Positions 52,878 to 62,330 are shown, counted from the first letter of the stretch. The stretch: DNA of 64,000 nt from Chloroflexota bacterium (GCA_028877205.1 JAPPHY010000003.1:64083-128082); one strand, 5' to 3'. A program made the numbers and translations. The notes: a model not told the origin generated them from the sequence alone.

Positions 52878-53040
52878 GGCGGGGAGCCTCCACCGTCACC
52901 CTCGCGTATGCGAAGGGCCGGCGAGATAGCGGCGCTCATCTCCCGCAACCACTCCTGCGAAAGCAGGAGTCCACGGCAGGTAAGGCATAGCAGGATGGAT
53001 TCCTGCTTCCGCAGGAATGGGGGAGGTGACCCTCCCCTAC
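52878..53040. repeat. intergenic hairpin repeat, copy D (three stacked hairpins)
   Basis: ACTCCTGC-GAAA-GCAGGAGT (52951..52970), ATTCCTGC-TTCC-GCAGGAAT (52999..53018) and GGGGAGG-TGAC-CCTCCCC (53020..53037). Also CACCGTCACCCTCGCGTATGCGAAGGGCCGGCGAG, which is related to copies A and B. Confidence 0.55.
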
Positions 53041-53648
53041 ACCCTGGCGAGGAACTCAAGCGCCGCGCGGTTGAACTCGTCCGGCTGCTCGTTGTTGATG
53101 GTGTGGCCGCCCTCCAGCACCACCAGCTCGGCGTTGGGCATCTCCGCCGCCATCTCCTCGCCGTGCTCCGGCGGGAAGATGTGGTCGTCGGTGGCCTGCA
53201 CCACCAGCGCGGGAACCGTGATGGCCGAAAGCTCCCCGAGGCGGCGGGGGAAGTACACCGATCCGGGGCGGCCGCCTTCGCGCCCCCTGGCCGTGGCACT
53301 TACGATCAGCGCGGCGCGGCACATGCTCTGGTATCGCATGAGGAACTCGATGAGCAGCATGCCGCCGTAGGACACGCCGCCGAGGTACGCCTGCTCAAGG
53401 CCCAGGCTGTCCATCAGCTGCTTCATGTCCTCCACCCACAGATCGGACCTCTGCGGAACGTCGACGGGGGTGGACTGGCCGCAGCCGCGGCGGTCGTATC
53501 GAATCACCCTGTACTGCCGCGAAAGCGCGTCGACCTGGGGGTCCCACTCCGTCACATCGCTGAATCCTCCGTGCCCGAGCAGGATCGGGTAGCCGTCGCC
53601 CGTCTCCTCGTAGTAGAGCTCTACGTCCTTCAGCTTGGCTAATGGCAT
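53037..53648 (-). CDS. alpha/beta-fold hydrolase
   Basis: ATG at 53648 gives MPLAKLKDVELYYEETGDGYPILLGHGG...GVSYGG (nucleophile elbow)...DDHIFP...GGH. The longer ORF-track version overlaps rph. Confidence 0.8.
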   Translation of the reverse strand: MPLAKLKDVELYYEETGDGYPILLGHGGFSDVTEWDPQVDALSRQYRVIRYDRRGCGQSTPVDVPQRSDLWVEDMKQLMDSLGLEQAYLGGVSYGGMLLIEFLMRYQSMCRAALIVSATARGREGGRPGSVYFPRRLGELSAITVPALVVQATDDHIFPPEHGEEMAAEMPNAELVVLEGGHTINNEQPDEFNRAALEFLARV

Positions 53649-53662
53649 GACTTCTCGCGGCG

Positions 53663-54385
53663 CTACAGGCCGGCTAAGACGCTCCTCTGAATCTCCAAGT
53701 GCTCCCGGATGCCCTTCTCCGCAAGCGAAAGCAGGCCGTCCATGGCCTGCCGTGAGAAGGCGTTTCCCTCCGCCGTGCCCTGAACCTCGATGAAGTCGCC
53801 CTCGCCGGTCATCACCACGTTGAAGTCCACGTCCGCGCGGGAGTCCTCGTCGTAGCAGAGGTCCAGGATGGCCTCGCCGTCCACCAGCCCCACGCTCGTG
53901 GCCGCCACGGCGGTAGTTAGCGGCACGGACGCAATGGCGCCGGTCTTGACCATGTATGCGAGCGCTTGGTACAGCGCGATGTAGGCGCCGGTAATGGCTG
54001 CGGTCCGCGTTCCGCCGTCGGCCTGCAGCACGTCGCAATCGATGGTTATCGTGCGCTCGCCAAGCCCCTTCATCTCGACCACGGCCCTGAGGGAGCGGCC
54101 GATCAGTCGCTGGATCTCCTGCGTGCGGCCATCCACCCGGCCGGCCTCACGCTCCCTTGCGCGCCTGGTGAGCGTGGAGCGGGGCAGCATGCCGTACTCG
54201 GCGGTGACCCACCCGCGGCCCTGGCCTCTGAGGAACAGAGGCACCCGATCCTCCACCGATGCCGTGCAGATCACCCTGGTCTCTCCGACCTCGATCAGGG
54301 CGGAGCCCTCAGGGAACGCCATGTAGGACGGCGTTATCTTCACCTCGCGCGGCTGGTCGTTGGCCCTGCCGTCAACCCTGAACAT
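53663..54385 (-). CDS. rph: ribonuclease PH
   Basis: [14 protein letters not shown]...[17 protein letters not shown]...[14 protein letters not shown]...[12 protein letters not shown]. Confidence 0.95.
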   Translation of the reverse strand: MFRVDGRANDQPREVKITPSYMAFPEGSALIEVGETRVICTASVEDRVPLFLRGQGRGWVTAEYGMLPRSTLTRRAREREAGRVDGRTQEIQRLIGRSLRAVVEMKGLGERTITIDCDVLQADGGTRTAAITGAYIALYQALAYMVKTGAIASVPLTTAVAATSVGLVDGEAILDLCYDEDSRADVDFNVVMTGEGDFIEVQGTAEGNAFSRQAMDGLLSLAEKGIREHLEIQRSVLAGL

Positions 54386-54434
54386 GCGGTGGCTTCCTCC
54401 TTGCGGCCGCTAAGTATAGCATACGCAGCCCAGA

Positions 54435-56879
54435 CTACCGCTCCGTCCGGACGCTCAGGCTCGCCCCGTCCGACACAATCTCGACGCTGCCGTGGTCCCT
54501 GGTGAGGAAGACGCGATCCTCGCCCAGGGCGTCCGAAAGCGACTGCACCACCTCATTATGTGGGTGGCCAAAGCGGTTGTCTGCGCCCACCGATATGACG
54601 GCCACCTGCGGAGATACCTCCTCCAAGAACTCAGCAGTGGTCGACGTGCGGCTGCCCTGGTGGCCCACCTTCAGCACCGTGCTGTCCAGGTGCATCGAGC
54701 GCCGAATCATGTACCTCTCCACATCCCAGTGAATGTCGCCGGCCAGCAGGAACGAGGTGTCGCCATAGACGAGGCGTGTCACCACGGAGGCATTGTTGAC
54801 GTCCGATGACGTTCCCACCAGCATTCTCTCAGGCGGGTAGAGCACCTCCAGGACCAGCCCGTGGTCAAGCCGGATGCGCTGGCCGGCCTGCGCCTGCACT
54901 ACATGACCTGCTCCCGCATCCACAGCGGCGCGCCAGGATGCGTACTCAGACGAGGAATGGTCTACCTCTCGCTCCATCACCAGCGCCGCATCGTAGCGGC
55001 GCAGCGCCTCCGCAAGTCCAGCGGCGTGGTCGGAGTGCGGGTGGGTGAGCACCACCATGTCCAGGCTGCTGTCCCAGAACGGCACTCGCTCGCCGAGCAG
55101 GTTCAGCAGGCGCTTGGGGTCCGGCCCGCCATCGACCAGCACCTGCCGTCCTCCCGGCGTGACGATGAAGATGGAGTCGCCCTGTCCCACGTCAAGGAAC
55201 GTTACGTGGAGCTTGCCGTCGGGACGCTCCAGCACTGCGGCCCACGCGGCCACAGTTGCCAGCAACGCGATCGCGACAATTGACCACACGCCAATGCCGC
55301 CGAGCCGGCCGGGGCCACCCGGTTCCGCTCCGGGCATGGCCAGCAGCTCTGACTGAGAGGGCGCCGGTCGGAGTATCCTGGACACTGGCCGTAGCAGCAC
55401 CACGCCGGTCAACGCCGCGTAGTATGCCACGACGAGAGGCGCGCCCATCCACCCAACGCGGACTGCCGAGCCAGGAGTGGCGTCGAACAGTTCCACCACC
55501 TGCTTCAGGTAAGTGAGGCACAGCCATGCGAGCCAGCCCACCGGCTTCGCGACGCTTGGGTCGATTAAGCCAAGTACCGACGTCAGGAGCGCGGAGCCCA
55601 GGATAAACGGCATCGCGGGCATGGCGAGGAGGGTTGCCGGCAGGCTGACCAGCGACACGTAGTGGAAGTAGTAGGCCACCAGCGGGAGCGTCGCCAAGGT
55701 CGCAGCCACGGAAGCGGCAACAGCATAGGTGAGCTCGCGGCTCCAGGCCCGCTCCTGGCTTGCGGGCACCGCCTGGAGCAGGCGCGCCTCGATCGGAGGC
55801 GCGAGGAGCACCAGGCCTGCCATCGCGGCGAAGCTGAGCTGGAACGAGACGCGGGTCAGTATCCCCGGCTCCAGGCCAACCATGAGCGCGGCCGCCGCCG
55901 CCAGCGCGGGCATCCCGCTGTTCTGCCTGCCCAGGTACAGGCCCGCAAGGTACACGCTGCCCATGATCGCAGCCCTCTGCACGGAGGGCGACATGCCCGA
56001 AAGCAGGGCGTACATCCATACGGCGGCCAGAGGCGCCAGCACGTAGACCTGGCCCCGTGCTCCGAGCGCCCATCGGCTGAGGGCCAGCGAAATGGCAAGG
56101 AACACCCCGACGTGCAGGCCGGAAATCGCCAGGAGGTGAGACGTGCCGGTCTCACGAAACGCCTGGACTAGTTCTGTGGGCATGGCGCTGCGGATTCCCA
56201 GCAGGATTGCCTGCGCCATCGCGCCCTGAGGCTCGGAGAGAGACTGCTTCAGGCTGCGTGACAGGCCGTACCGAAGGCGATACACGGCTCGCATCAGCGG
56301 GTTACCCTCACCCTCACCGGTGAGTTCCATCTCCGGGTACAGCATCACCGAGTGGATGCCCTGGCTTGCCAGGTAGTCGCGGTAGTCGAAGTCTTGGAAG
56401 TTCTCAGGCTGCTCGATACGCCCCGTCACGACCAGCCGGTCGCCGTAGCGGATTAGCGGATCGCGACCACCCTCCTGGAGCGATGGAGAAGGCCTTGCGG
56501 TCACCAGTAGGCCTCCCCCGGACTCCTGCCAGTCGCCGTCCTGCATCACCCTCTCTACGCCAAGTCGGAGGTGCCAGCCGGACGAGCGGTGGTCCGGGTC
56601 GGCGATTACCACACCCTCCACCGCGACGCTCCCCCAGCCGTTGTAGTCTTGAATGGGGTGCGAGACCTCGCTTCCCGATTCAGCGCTCACTCTCAGCGCG
56701 CCCAGCGCGACGAGCGCGAGCACTAGGGCCGGCAGCAAGGGCCGCGCTCGCAGCGTAAGCAGCAGGGCCAACAGGAGCGATTCGGCCAGCACTAGGAGCA
56801 TGCCGAGCACGGGGAGGGCAGTCAGGGTGGCCAGATAGACTCCCGCCGTCCAGCCCGCCGCCAGCGGTATGAGCCTCAC
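54435..56879 (-). CDS. comEC: DNA internalization competence protein ComEC/Rec2
   Basis: Multi-TM competence domain (TGTSHLLAISGLHVG) plus a C-terminal metallo-beta-lactamase domain (FLDVGQGDS...THPHSDH). Confidence 0.9.
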   Translation of the reverse strand: MRLIPLAAGWTAGVYLATLTALPVLGMLLVLAESLLLALLLTLRARPLLPALVLALVALGALRVSAESGSEVSHPIQDYNGWGSVAVEGVVIADPDHRSSGWHLRLGVERVMQDGDWQESGGGLLVTARPSPSLQEGGRDPLIRYGDRLVVTGRIEQPENFQDFDYRDYLASQGIHSVMLYPEMELTGEGEGNPLMRAVYRLRYGLSRSLKQSLSEPQGAMAQAILLGIRSAMPTELVQAFRETGTSHLLAISGLHVGVFLAISLALSRWALGARGQVYVLAPLAAVWMYALLSGMSPSVQRAAIMGSVYLAGLYLGRQNSGMPALAAAAALMVGLEPGILTRVSFQLSFAAMAGLVLLAPPIEARLLQAVPASQERAWSRELTYAVAASVAATLATLPLVAYYFHYVSLVSLPATLLAMPAMPFILGSALLTSVLGLIDPSVAKPVGWLAWLCLTYLKQVVELFDATPGSAVRVGWMGAPLVVAYYAALTGVVLLRPVSRILRPAPSQSELLAMPGAEPGGPGRLGGIGVWSIVAIALLATVAAWAAVLERPDGKLHVTFLDVGQGDSIFIVTPGGRQVLVDGGPDPKRLLNLLGERVPFWDSSLDMVVLTHPHSDHAAGLAEALRRYDAALVMEREVDHSSSEYASWRAAVDAGAGHVVQAQAGQRIRLDHGLVLEVLYPPERMLVGTSSDVNNASVVTRLVYGDTSFLLAGDIHWDVERYMIRRSMHLDSTVLKVGHQGSRTSTTAEFLEEVSPQVAVISVGADNRFGHPHNEVVQSLSDALGEDRVFLTRDHGSVEIVSDGASLSVRTER

Positions 56880-56881
56880 GT

Positions 56882-57478
56882 CTACTTGACCGTTACCAAG
56901 TCGAGGAGGCCGTCCACGGTCTTGGGGCCGAATCCCGACACCAGGAGCAGGTCCTCGCCTCTGGAGAAGGGGCCTTCTCTGGTTCGATGCTCGATGATGT
57001 CGTCGGCCCTGCTTGGTCCGATACCGGGAAGCGCCTGCAGCTCATCGGCCGACGCCGTGTTGATGTTGACCGTGGCCTCCGCGGTGTCGACGAGCTCGCC
57101 GATTCGTGGGATATAGAAGTGGGTCTCGTCGTCCGCGCTGAGGGATGGGTTGACCCTCTGAGGATCTGCATCTGTGGTGAGGCCTCCTGCCATCGCAAGC
57201 ACGTCCTCAAGCCTGTCGCCCTGCTGAACGGAGTAGACGCCGGGGCGGTTCACGGCGCCATTGATGAAGACCTTGAGATCGGGCCTGGGAGTGGCAGTGG
57301 GAAGTGCCACCTCGATGCGGCCCGGAGACGGCTGCAACAGCAGCACCGATACTCCCGTTCCGATGGCGATGAGGCATAGGAGCAGGAGGACAAGCTGAAC
57401 GGATATTTTCAATGAGGGGCTTACTCCGATGTCACGGGCAATATATGCGTCGCACATCGACCTGTCAAGAAGATGCAT
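56882..57478 (-). CDS. comEA: ComEA-type DNA-binding competence protein
   Basis: TM anchor, SLBB-like VFINGAVNRPGVY, and C-terminal HhH INTASADELQALPGIGPSRADDII. Confidence 0.85.
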   Translation of the reverse strand: MHLLDRSMCDAYIARDIGVSPSLKISVQLVLLLLCLIAIGTGVSVLLLQPSPGRIEVALPTATPRPDLKVFINGAVNRPGVYSVQQGDRLEDVLAMAGGLTTDADPQRVNPSLSADDETHFYIPRIGELVDTAEATVNINTASADELQALPGIGPSRADDIIEHRTREGPFSRGEDLLLVSGFGPKTVDGLLDLVTVK

Positions 57479-57517
57479 GACCGACCTCTGCTTTCGTGCC
57501 GCATTGAAACATTACAA

Positions 57518-57547
57518 TTGACTTGCGCCTCAAAGCTGTGCTATATT
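57518..57547 (+). promoter_or_regulatory. candidate promoter of infC-rpmI-rplT
   Basis: TTGACT (57518..57523), 18 nt, TATATT (57542..57547), preceded by TGC (near extended -10). Confidence 0.45.
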
Positions 57548-57585
57548 CCGCGTCACTATTCCCAAATCAACGACGGGGGAAGGGC

Positions 57586-58167
57586 ATACCAAGAGAGTAC
57601 AGGACCAATCAGCGTATAAGGGTGCCGGAGGTGCTTGTCATCGACGAGCAGGGCGAGCAGCTTGGCACTATGCCCACGCTCCAAGCCGTTCAGCTCGCAC
57701 AGGAAAGAGGTCTGGATCTCGTGGAAGTAGCGCCTGCGGCCCAGCCGCCCGTGTGCCGCCTGCTGGACTACGGAAAGTTCCGCTACATACAGACCAAGAA
57801 GGAGCGCGAAGGCCGGAAGACACAGAAGGTCAATCTGTTGCGAGAGGTGCGGTTCCGGCCGCGCATCGGTGAGCACGACATGGCGGCCAAGCGCCGCATT
57901 GTCAAGAAGCTGCTCGACGAAGGCTCCAAGGTCAAGCTGACGGTCATGTTCAGGGGCAGGGAGATCACCCACCAGGACCTGGGCGTCGAGTTGCTACGCA
58001 AGACTGCCGAGGCCTTCAAGGACGAGGCCAAGCTGGAGAAGGCCCCCACCATGGAGGGGCGCAGGCTGAGCATAGTGATTTCTCCAATCAGCCAGCAGCG
58101 CGCCAAGGTCGAGAAGGAACAGGACGCCAAGGCCGTGAAAGAACAGGAGGCGGTGGCGAATGCCTAA
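57586..58167 (+). CDS. infC: translation initiation factor IF-3, probable non-canonical AUA start
   Basis: The IF-3 body is ...[20 protein letters not shown]...[14 protein letters not shown]...FRGREITH. The only in-frame start-like codon at the homologous N-terminal position is ATA 57586, sitting 4 nt after GGGGGAAGGG. The TTG at 57523 lies inside the promoter. Confidence 0.8.
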   Translation: MPREYRTNQRIRVPEVLVIDEQGEQLGTMPTLQAVQLAQERGLDLVEVAPAAQPPVCRLLDYGKFRYIQTKKEREGRKTQKVNLLREVRFRPRIGEHDMAAKRRIVKKLLDEGSKVKLTVMFRGREITHQDLGVELLRKTAEAFKDEAKLEKAPTMEGRRLSIVISPISQQRAKVEKEQDAKAVKEQEAVANA

Positions 58168-58357
58168 GCTGAAGACTCACAAGGGGGCCAAGGCCCGGTT
58201 CCACGTGACGGGCACCGGGAAGGTGCTGCGAATGAAGGGCCACAGGAGCCACCTGCGACGCAAGAAGCCCGCCAGGGTGCACAGGCTCTACCACAAGAAG
58301 CACGAGGTCAGCTCCTCGGATCTGAACAGGATCCACAAGGTGCTGCCCTATCTGTAG
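58160..58357 (+). CDS. rpmI: 50S ribosomal protein L35
   Basis: [22 protein letters not shown]... It overlaps the infC stop. Confidence 0.95.
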   Translation: MPKLKTHKGAKARFHVTGTGKVLRMKGHRSHLRRKKPARVHRLYHKKHEVSSSDLNRIHKVLPYL

Positions 58358-58375
58358 ACCGCACGGAGATACATC

Positions 58376-58750
58376 GTGGCCAGAATCAAGCGCGGCGTAG
58401 CCGCAAGGCAACGGCACAAGAAGCTGCTCAAGATGACCAAGGGTCATCGAGGAGGCAGGCACAACCTCTACCGGCAGGCGAAGGAGTCGCTGCTGAGCGC
58501 GCTCAGCCATGCCTACAACCACCGGCGCGAGCGCAAGGGCGACATGCGGCGCCTCTGGATCACCCGCATCAACGCCGCGGCCCGCGAGCACGGTCTGTCC
58601 TACAGCCGGCTGGTTCACGGACTTGGCCAGGCGCAGGTGGCGGTGGACCGCAAGATTCTTGCGGACCTGGCGGTCAGAGACCCGGATGCCTTCGCACAGC
58701 TCGCTGCAATTGCCAAAGAGGCCGCTGCGCCGGCGGCCGCCTCCGCCTGA
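58376..58750 (+). CDS. rplT: 50S ribosomal protein L20
   Basis: MARIKRGVAARQRHKKLLK...YRDRRERKR-like...INAAAR. Confidence 0.95.
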   Translation: MARIKRGVAARQRHKKLLKMTKGHRGGRHNLYRQAKESLLSALSHAYNHRRERKGDMRRLWITRINAAAREHGLSYSRLVHGLGQAQVAVDRKILADLAVRDPDAFAQLAAIAKEAAAPAAASA

Positions 58751-58982
58751 CCGCGATTTTCGGTTTGCCCCGGCCTCACGCGGGAATCCGGCGCCTACCA
58801 TCCTGACGATTGCTTGCTCGGTTAGTCGCCAACTTCCGCTTCTGCTCTACACATCTCTAACAGCCTGTGGGACGCTAACTCGCTCCTGTTCTCCGGATAC
58901 TCTTGGCCTTGCGGTCGGGGTGGGCCCATTGCGGCCTAACCACGGTTGAGCCTGCCCCCGTGATGGCCTATGCTGTCCTCAG

Positions 58983-60245
58983 GTGATGCCGATGCATGTA
59001 TTCTGGGCAGTGCTCCGCTATGCCGCGTTTGCGCTCGTCGCGTTGCTGCTGCTCACTGGCAGGGGCGCCCTTAACTTTTCGCCCGTCGACGAGCTGGCGG
59101 CGTCCCATCGCTACTCCCTTGTCCAGTGGGAGCTTGCCACCTTTCCGGAGAAGTGGCTGTACCGCCTCGGGCTGATGCTCCCCGGCAACTCGCTGGACAG
59201 GAAGGCCGAGGAGGAGTTGGTACGGGAGTTCTTCGAGCTGGCCGACCGACGGCGGGGCCTCGAGGAGGCCATCAGGGTCGCACGCGCAGGCGCGGAGACC
59301 GGCAATCTAGACTCTCTGCGTGCCCAGCTCGCTGCGGTGGAGGCCGACCAGGCCGCCATCCGCAACAGGGTGGAGGAGATCATGGAGGGGGAGATCGACT
59401 CGATCGTGTTCGAGGAGGGGCTGCACGTCGGAGGGCCTCTGAGCGCGTTCGGCGTCCACTTCCCGCCCGTGGACTTTCGAGTCCAGGCCTCGCCTCCCGT
59501 GACCATCGTCTCCCCGCGCGACCGCATCGAAAGGCTTGAGGACGTGCTGCTCAGGCCGGACACGGCCGTCGAGGACAGGGAGGTGCTGGAAGAGGCGGTT
59601 CTCGATGAGCGCAATCAGTCCGCCCTGGTTATCTCCACTGGAGGAGTGGCGACGGTCCCTGCCGTAATCTCGCCCAACTTCTCCATGCACGGCACGCTGG
59701 TCACGGCGGCCCACGAGTGGATGCACCACTACCTGTTCTTCTTCCCGCTGGGCCAGGGGTACGGCAGAAACGCCGAGCTGACGACGCTCAACGAGACGGT
59801 CGCCAACATCGTCGGTGCTGAGGTCGGGAAACTCGCGTACGAGCGGTTCAGGCTGAGGCAGGAGGACACGCCTCCCACACCTGAGGAGACTCCGCCTCCG
59901 CCTGAGGAGAAGCCATTCGACTTCCGAGCTGAGATGCGCGCCACTCGGCTAAGGACTGAGGAGCTACTGGCTGCGGGCCTGATCGATGAAGCGGAGCGCT
60001 ACATGGAGGAGCGAAGGCTGTTCCTGGCCGACAACGGCTACTACATCCGCAAGCTGAACCAGGCCTACTTCGCCTTCCACGGCTCGTACGCCGACAGCGC
60101 GGCGTCGATCAGCCCCATCGACGGGCAACTCAGGGCGATTCGAGAGGCGAGCGACTCGCTGGGCGATTTCGTGCGGACGGTGGCCTCCGTCTCAAGCCAC
60201 GACGAGTTCCTGAAACTGCTGGCGGAGCTCGGCATCGAGAGCTGA
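58983..60245 (+). CDS. membrane-anchored putative zinc metallopeptidase (HExxH)
   Basis: N-terminal TM AAFALVALLLL and a single HExxH (AAHEWMHHY). I recognise no further family. Confidence 0.5.
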   Translation: MMPMHVFWAVLRYAAFALVALLLLTGRGALNFSPVDELAASHRYSLVQWELATFPEKWLYRLGLMLPGNSLDRKAEEELVREFFELADRRRGLEEAIRVARAGAETGNLDSLRAQLAAVEADQAAIRNRVEEIMEGEIDSIVFEEGLHVGGPLSAFGVHFPPVDFRVQASPPVTIVSPRDRIERLEDVLLRPDTAVEDREVLEEAVLDERNQSALVISTGGVATVPAVISPNFSMHGTLVTAAHEWMHHYLFFFPLGQGYGRNAELTTLNETVANIVGAEVGKLAYERFRLRQEDTPPTPEETPPPPEEKPFDFRAEMRATRLRTEELLAAGLIDEAERYMEERRLFLADNGYYIRKLNQAYFAFHGSYADSAASISPIDGQLRAIREASDSLGDFVRTVASVSSHDEFLKLLAELGIES

Positions 60246-60270
60246 GACGCTCACCGGTCAGACTGCGGCT

Positions 60271-61074
60271 CTAGCCTGATTTGTCCCGCTTGTCCCCGGT
60301 CTCCTCCGCGGCTGTGGCCGCACTCCCTGACGGCCGAGAAACAGACTGGAGGTCCCCGTACCTGCCTCTGGCATGGTTCCATCTGACGGAGAGCAAGTCC
60401 CTCAGCATCAGGAAGCTGTCCCTGACCGGCTTCACCTTGCTGCCCTCACGGAAGTACCAGTCGATGGGCACCTCATGGATGCGCATGCCCATTCTGCGGG
60501 CCAGGAAGAGCACCTCCACGTCGAATCCGAAACCAACCGCGCGCTGGAGCGGAAAGAGGGCCTCCGCCGCTCCGGCAGCGAAGCACTTGAAGCCGCACTG
60601 CGTGTCGGAGAGGCCGGGCACGGCGAGCAGCCGCACCATCCCGTTGTAGGCGCGACCCATCGCGTGCCGCGAAGACGGCTCGCCGATGCGCCGGGAGCCA
60701 GGCGCTTCGCGTGAGCCGATAGCCACCTCGAAGTCGACCAGCTGCGGCGGCAGGAACCGTTCCACCTGCTCGATGGGCATCGAGAGGTCTGCGTCGGCCA
60801 GGAACCGGAACTCGCCGCGGGCCTCTAGCATACCCGCCCGCACGGCCGAGCCCTTGCCTCCGTGGGCCAGCCTGACGAGTCGAATCTCGCTGTGCTCGCT
60901 GGCGGCCGCCTCCACCAAAGCGGCCGTTCCGTCTACGCTGCCGTCGTCCGCGACCACCACCTCCCACGAGTAGTCCCGGGAGCCCGCGTAGGCGGCCACG
61001 GTGTCCAGAGTCTGGGCTATCCGTGCCTCCTCGTTGTAGGCGGGTATCACGATGGAGAGGAAGGGCTGCGCCAA
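60271..61074 (-). CDS. family 2 glycosyltransferase (polyprenyl-phosphate hexosyltransferase-like)
   Basis: LSIVIPAYNEE...VVVADDGSVDGT...LADADLS (DxD). Confidence 0.85.
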   Translation of the reverse strand: MAQPFLSIVIPAYNEEARIAQTLDTVAAYAGSRDYSWEVVVADDGSVDGTAALVEAAASEHSEIRLVRLAHGGKGSAVRAGMLEARGEFRFLADADLSMPIEQVERFLPPQLVDFEVAIGSREAPGSRRIGEPSSRHAMGRAYNGMVRLLAVPGLSDTQCGFKCFAAGAAEALFPLQRAVGFGFDVEVLFLARRMGMRIHEVPIDWYFREGSKVKPVRDSFLMLRDLLSVRWNHARGRYGDLQSVSRPSGSAATAAEETGDKRDKSG

Positions 61075-61089
61075 GGCACCAACTCCCGC

Positions 61090-61575
61090 TCAGTCCACCT
61101 GGTCCAGGCGGAAGGCCGAGTGCAGGGCGCGGACGGCGTCCTCCACTCTGTCCTCCTGCACAATGCAGGTGATGCGAATCTCGGAGGTGGTGATCATCTC
61201 GATGTTCACGTCGGCCTCGTACAGGGCGCGGAACATGCGCGCTGCGTATCCGGGGTTGTGCTGCATGCCCGTGCCCACGATGCTGACGTTGCCCAGGTTG
61301 GCGTCGCTGACGCAGCCGCGGGCGCCCATGCCCTCGGCCACCGGCTGCACGATCTCCATCGACGCCGCCAGGTCGGCGCGTGCCACCGTGAATGTGAGGT
61401 CGGTGATCCGCTCCACGCTGGCGTTCTGGACGATTGTGTCCACGCTGATACCCTTCTCCGCCAGCGGCTCGAACAGGGACGCCGATATGCCGGGCCGGTC
61501 AGGCACTCCCAGCACCGTGATCTTGGCTACGTTCTTGTTGTGGGCTATGCCGCTAACCCGGTTGCGCGTCTCCAT
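61090..61575 (-). CDS. aspartokinase regulatory (tandem ACT) subunit
   Basis: VSGIAHNKNVAKITVLGVPDRPGISASLFEPLAEKGISVDTIVQN...VSIVGTGM is the two-ACT layout of the LysC beta subunit. It has its own ATG behind GAGAGG. Confidence 0.8.
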   Translation of the reverse strand: METRNRVSGIAHNKNVAKITVLGVPDRPGISASLFEPLAEKGISVDTIVQNASVERITDLTFTVARADLAASMEIVQPVAEGMGARGCVSDANLGNVSIVGTGMQHNPGYAARMFRALYEADVNIEMITTSEIRITCIVQEDRVEDAVRALHSAFRLDQVD

Positions 61576-61584
61576 AAATGCCTC

Positions 61585-62310
61585 TCAGTGTATGAGTGTT
61601 CCTGGCACATCCTTGAAGCTGGACGTGACCAGGATGGGTATATTGTACATTGCGCCGAGCTCGATGGAGCGGGGGTGCATCTTGGCCCCGTAGCTCGCCA
61701 GCTCCAGCATCTCCTCGTAGGTGAGGCTCTCCAGGACCCGGGCCTCCGGCACCACCCTTGGGTCGGCAGTGAAGATGCCGTCCACGTCGGTGTAGATCTC
61801 GCAGATCCTGGCCTCCAGGGCCGCGGCGAGGGCAACCGCCGTGGTGTCCGATGCTCCGCGGCCCAGGGTAGTGACCTCGCTGTCCTCGGTTGCGCCCTGA
61901 AATCCTGCCACCACCACTATCCGGTCCTCGCGCAACTCCGCGAGGATGCGGCTGGGATCGATGTCCACGATCCGGGCCCGCGTGTAGTCGGTGGAGGTGC
62001 GAATTCCCGCCTGGCCGCCGCTCAGCCCGATGGCGTTGTAGCCCAGGGCGCGCAGCGCCATGGTGACCAGCGTACACGACACGATCTCGCCTGTGGAGAG
62101 GAGAAGCGCCAGCTCCCGCGGGTCAGGATTGTCGGTCACCGTGTGGGCCTGACTGATCAGGTCGTCGGTGGTATCGCCCATTGCCGAGACGACTGCGACC
62201 ACCTGGTTGCCATCCTCGCGTGAGCGGGCGATGCGCCTGGCCGCCGACTTGATGCGCTCGGCGTCCGCCAGCGAGCTTCCGCCGTACTTCTGGACAATGA
62301 GGCTGTTCAT
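61585..62310 (-). CDS. lysC: aspartokinase catalytic (amino-acid kinase) part, ending at a TGA 9 nt before and in frame with the ACT subunit start
   Basis: ATG at 62310 sits behind GGAG. IVQKYGGSSL...VVSAMGDTTD...TTLGRGASDTTAVALAAAL...IYTDVDGIFTADPR...VTSSFKDVPGTLIH-stop. The 192-aa N-terminal extension in the ORF track overlaps thrB and is rejected. Confidence 0.85.
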   Translation of the reverse strand: MNSLIVQKYGGSSLADAERIKSAARRIARSREDGNQVVAVVSAMGDTTDDLISQAHTVTDNPDPRELALLLSTGEIVSCTLVTMALRALGYNAIGLSGGQAGIRTSTDYTRARIVDIDPSRILAELREDRIVVVAGFQGATEDSEVTTLGRGASDTTAVALAAALEARICEIYTDVDGIFTADPRVVPEARVLESLTYEEMLELASYGAKMHPRSIELGAMYNIPILVTSSFKDVPGTLIH

Positions 62311-62330
62311 GGTTCGCTCCGTGTCTCCCG

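Noticed and set aside
53649-54038. N-terminal 130-aa extension of the hydrolase ORF. Similar long extensions occur at 62311..62886 (lysC), 16565..16867 (pcm) and 5850..6149 (ARH).
   Set aside because: The extensions overlap neighbouring well-supported genes and are Arg/Gly/Pro-rich. Internal starts with SD sequences match the family N-termini.
60862-62223. 453-aa + strand ORF across the GT2 and aspartokinase genes
   Set aside because: This is a shadow ORF. The minus-strand genes have clear family motifs.
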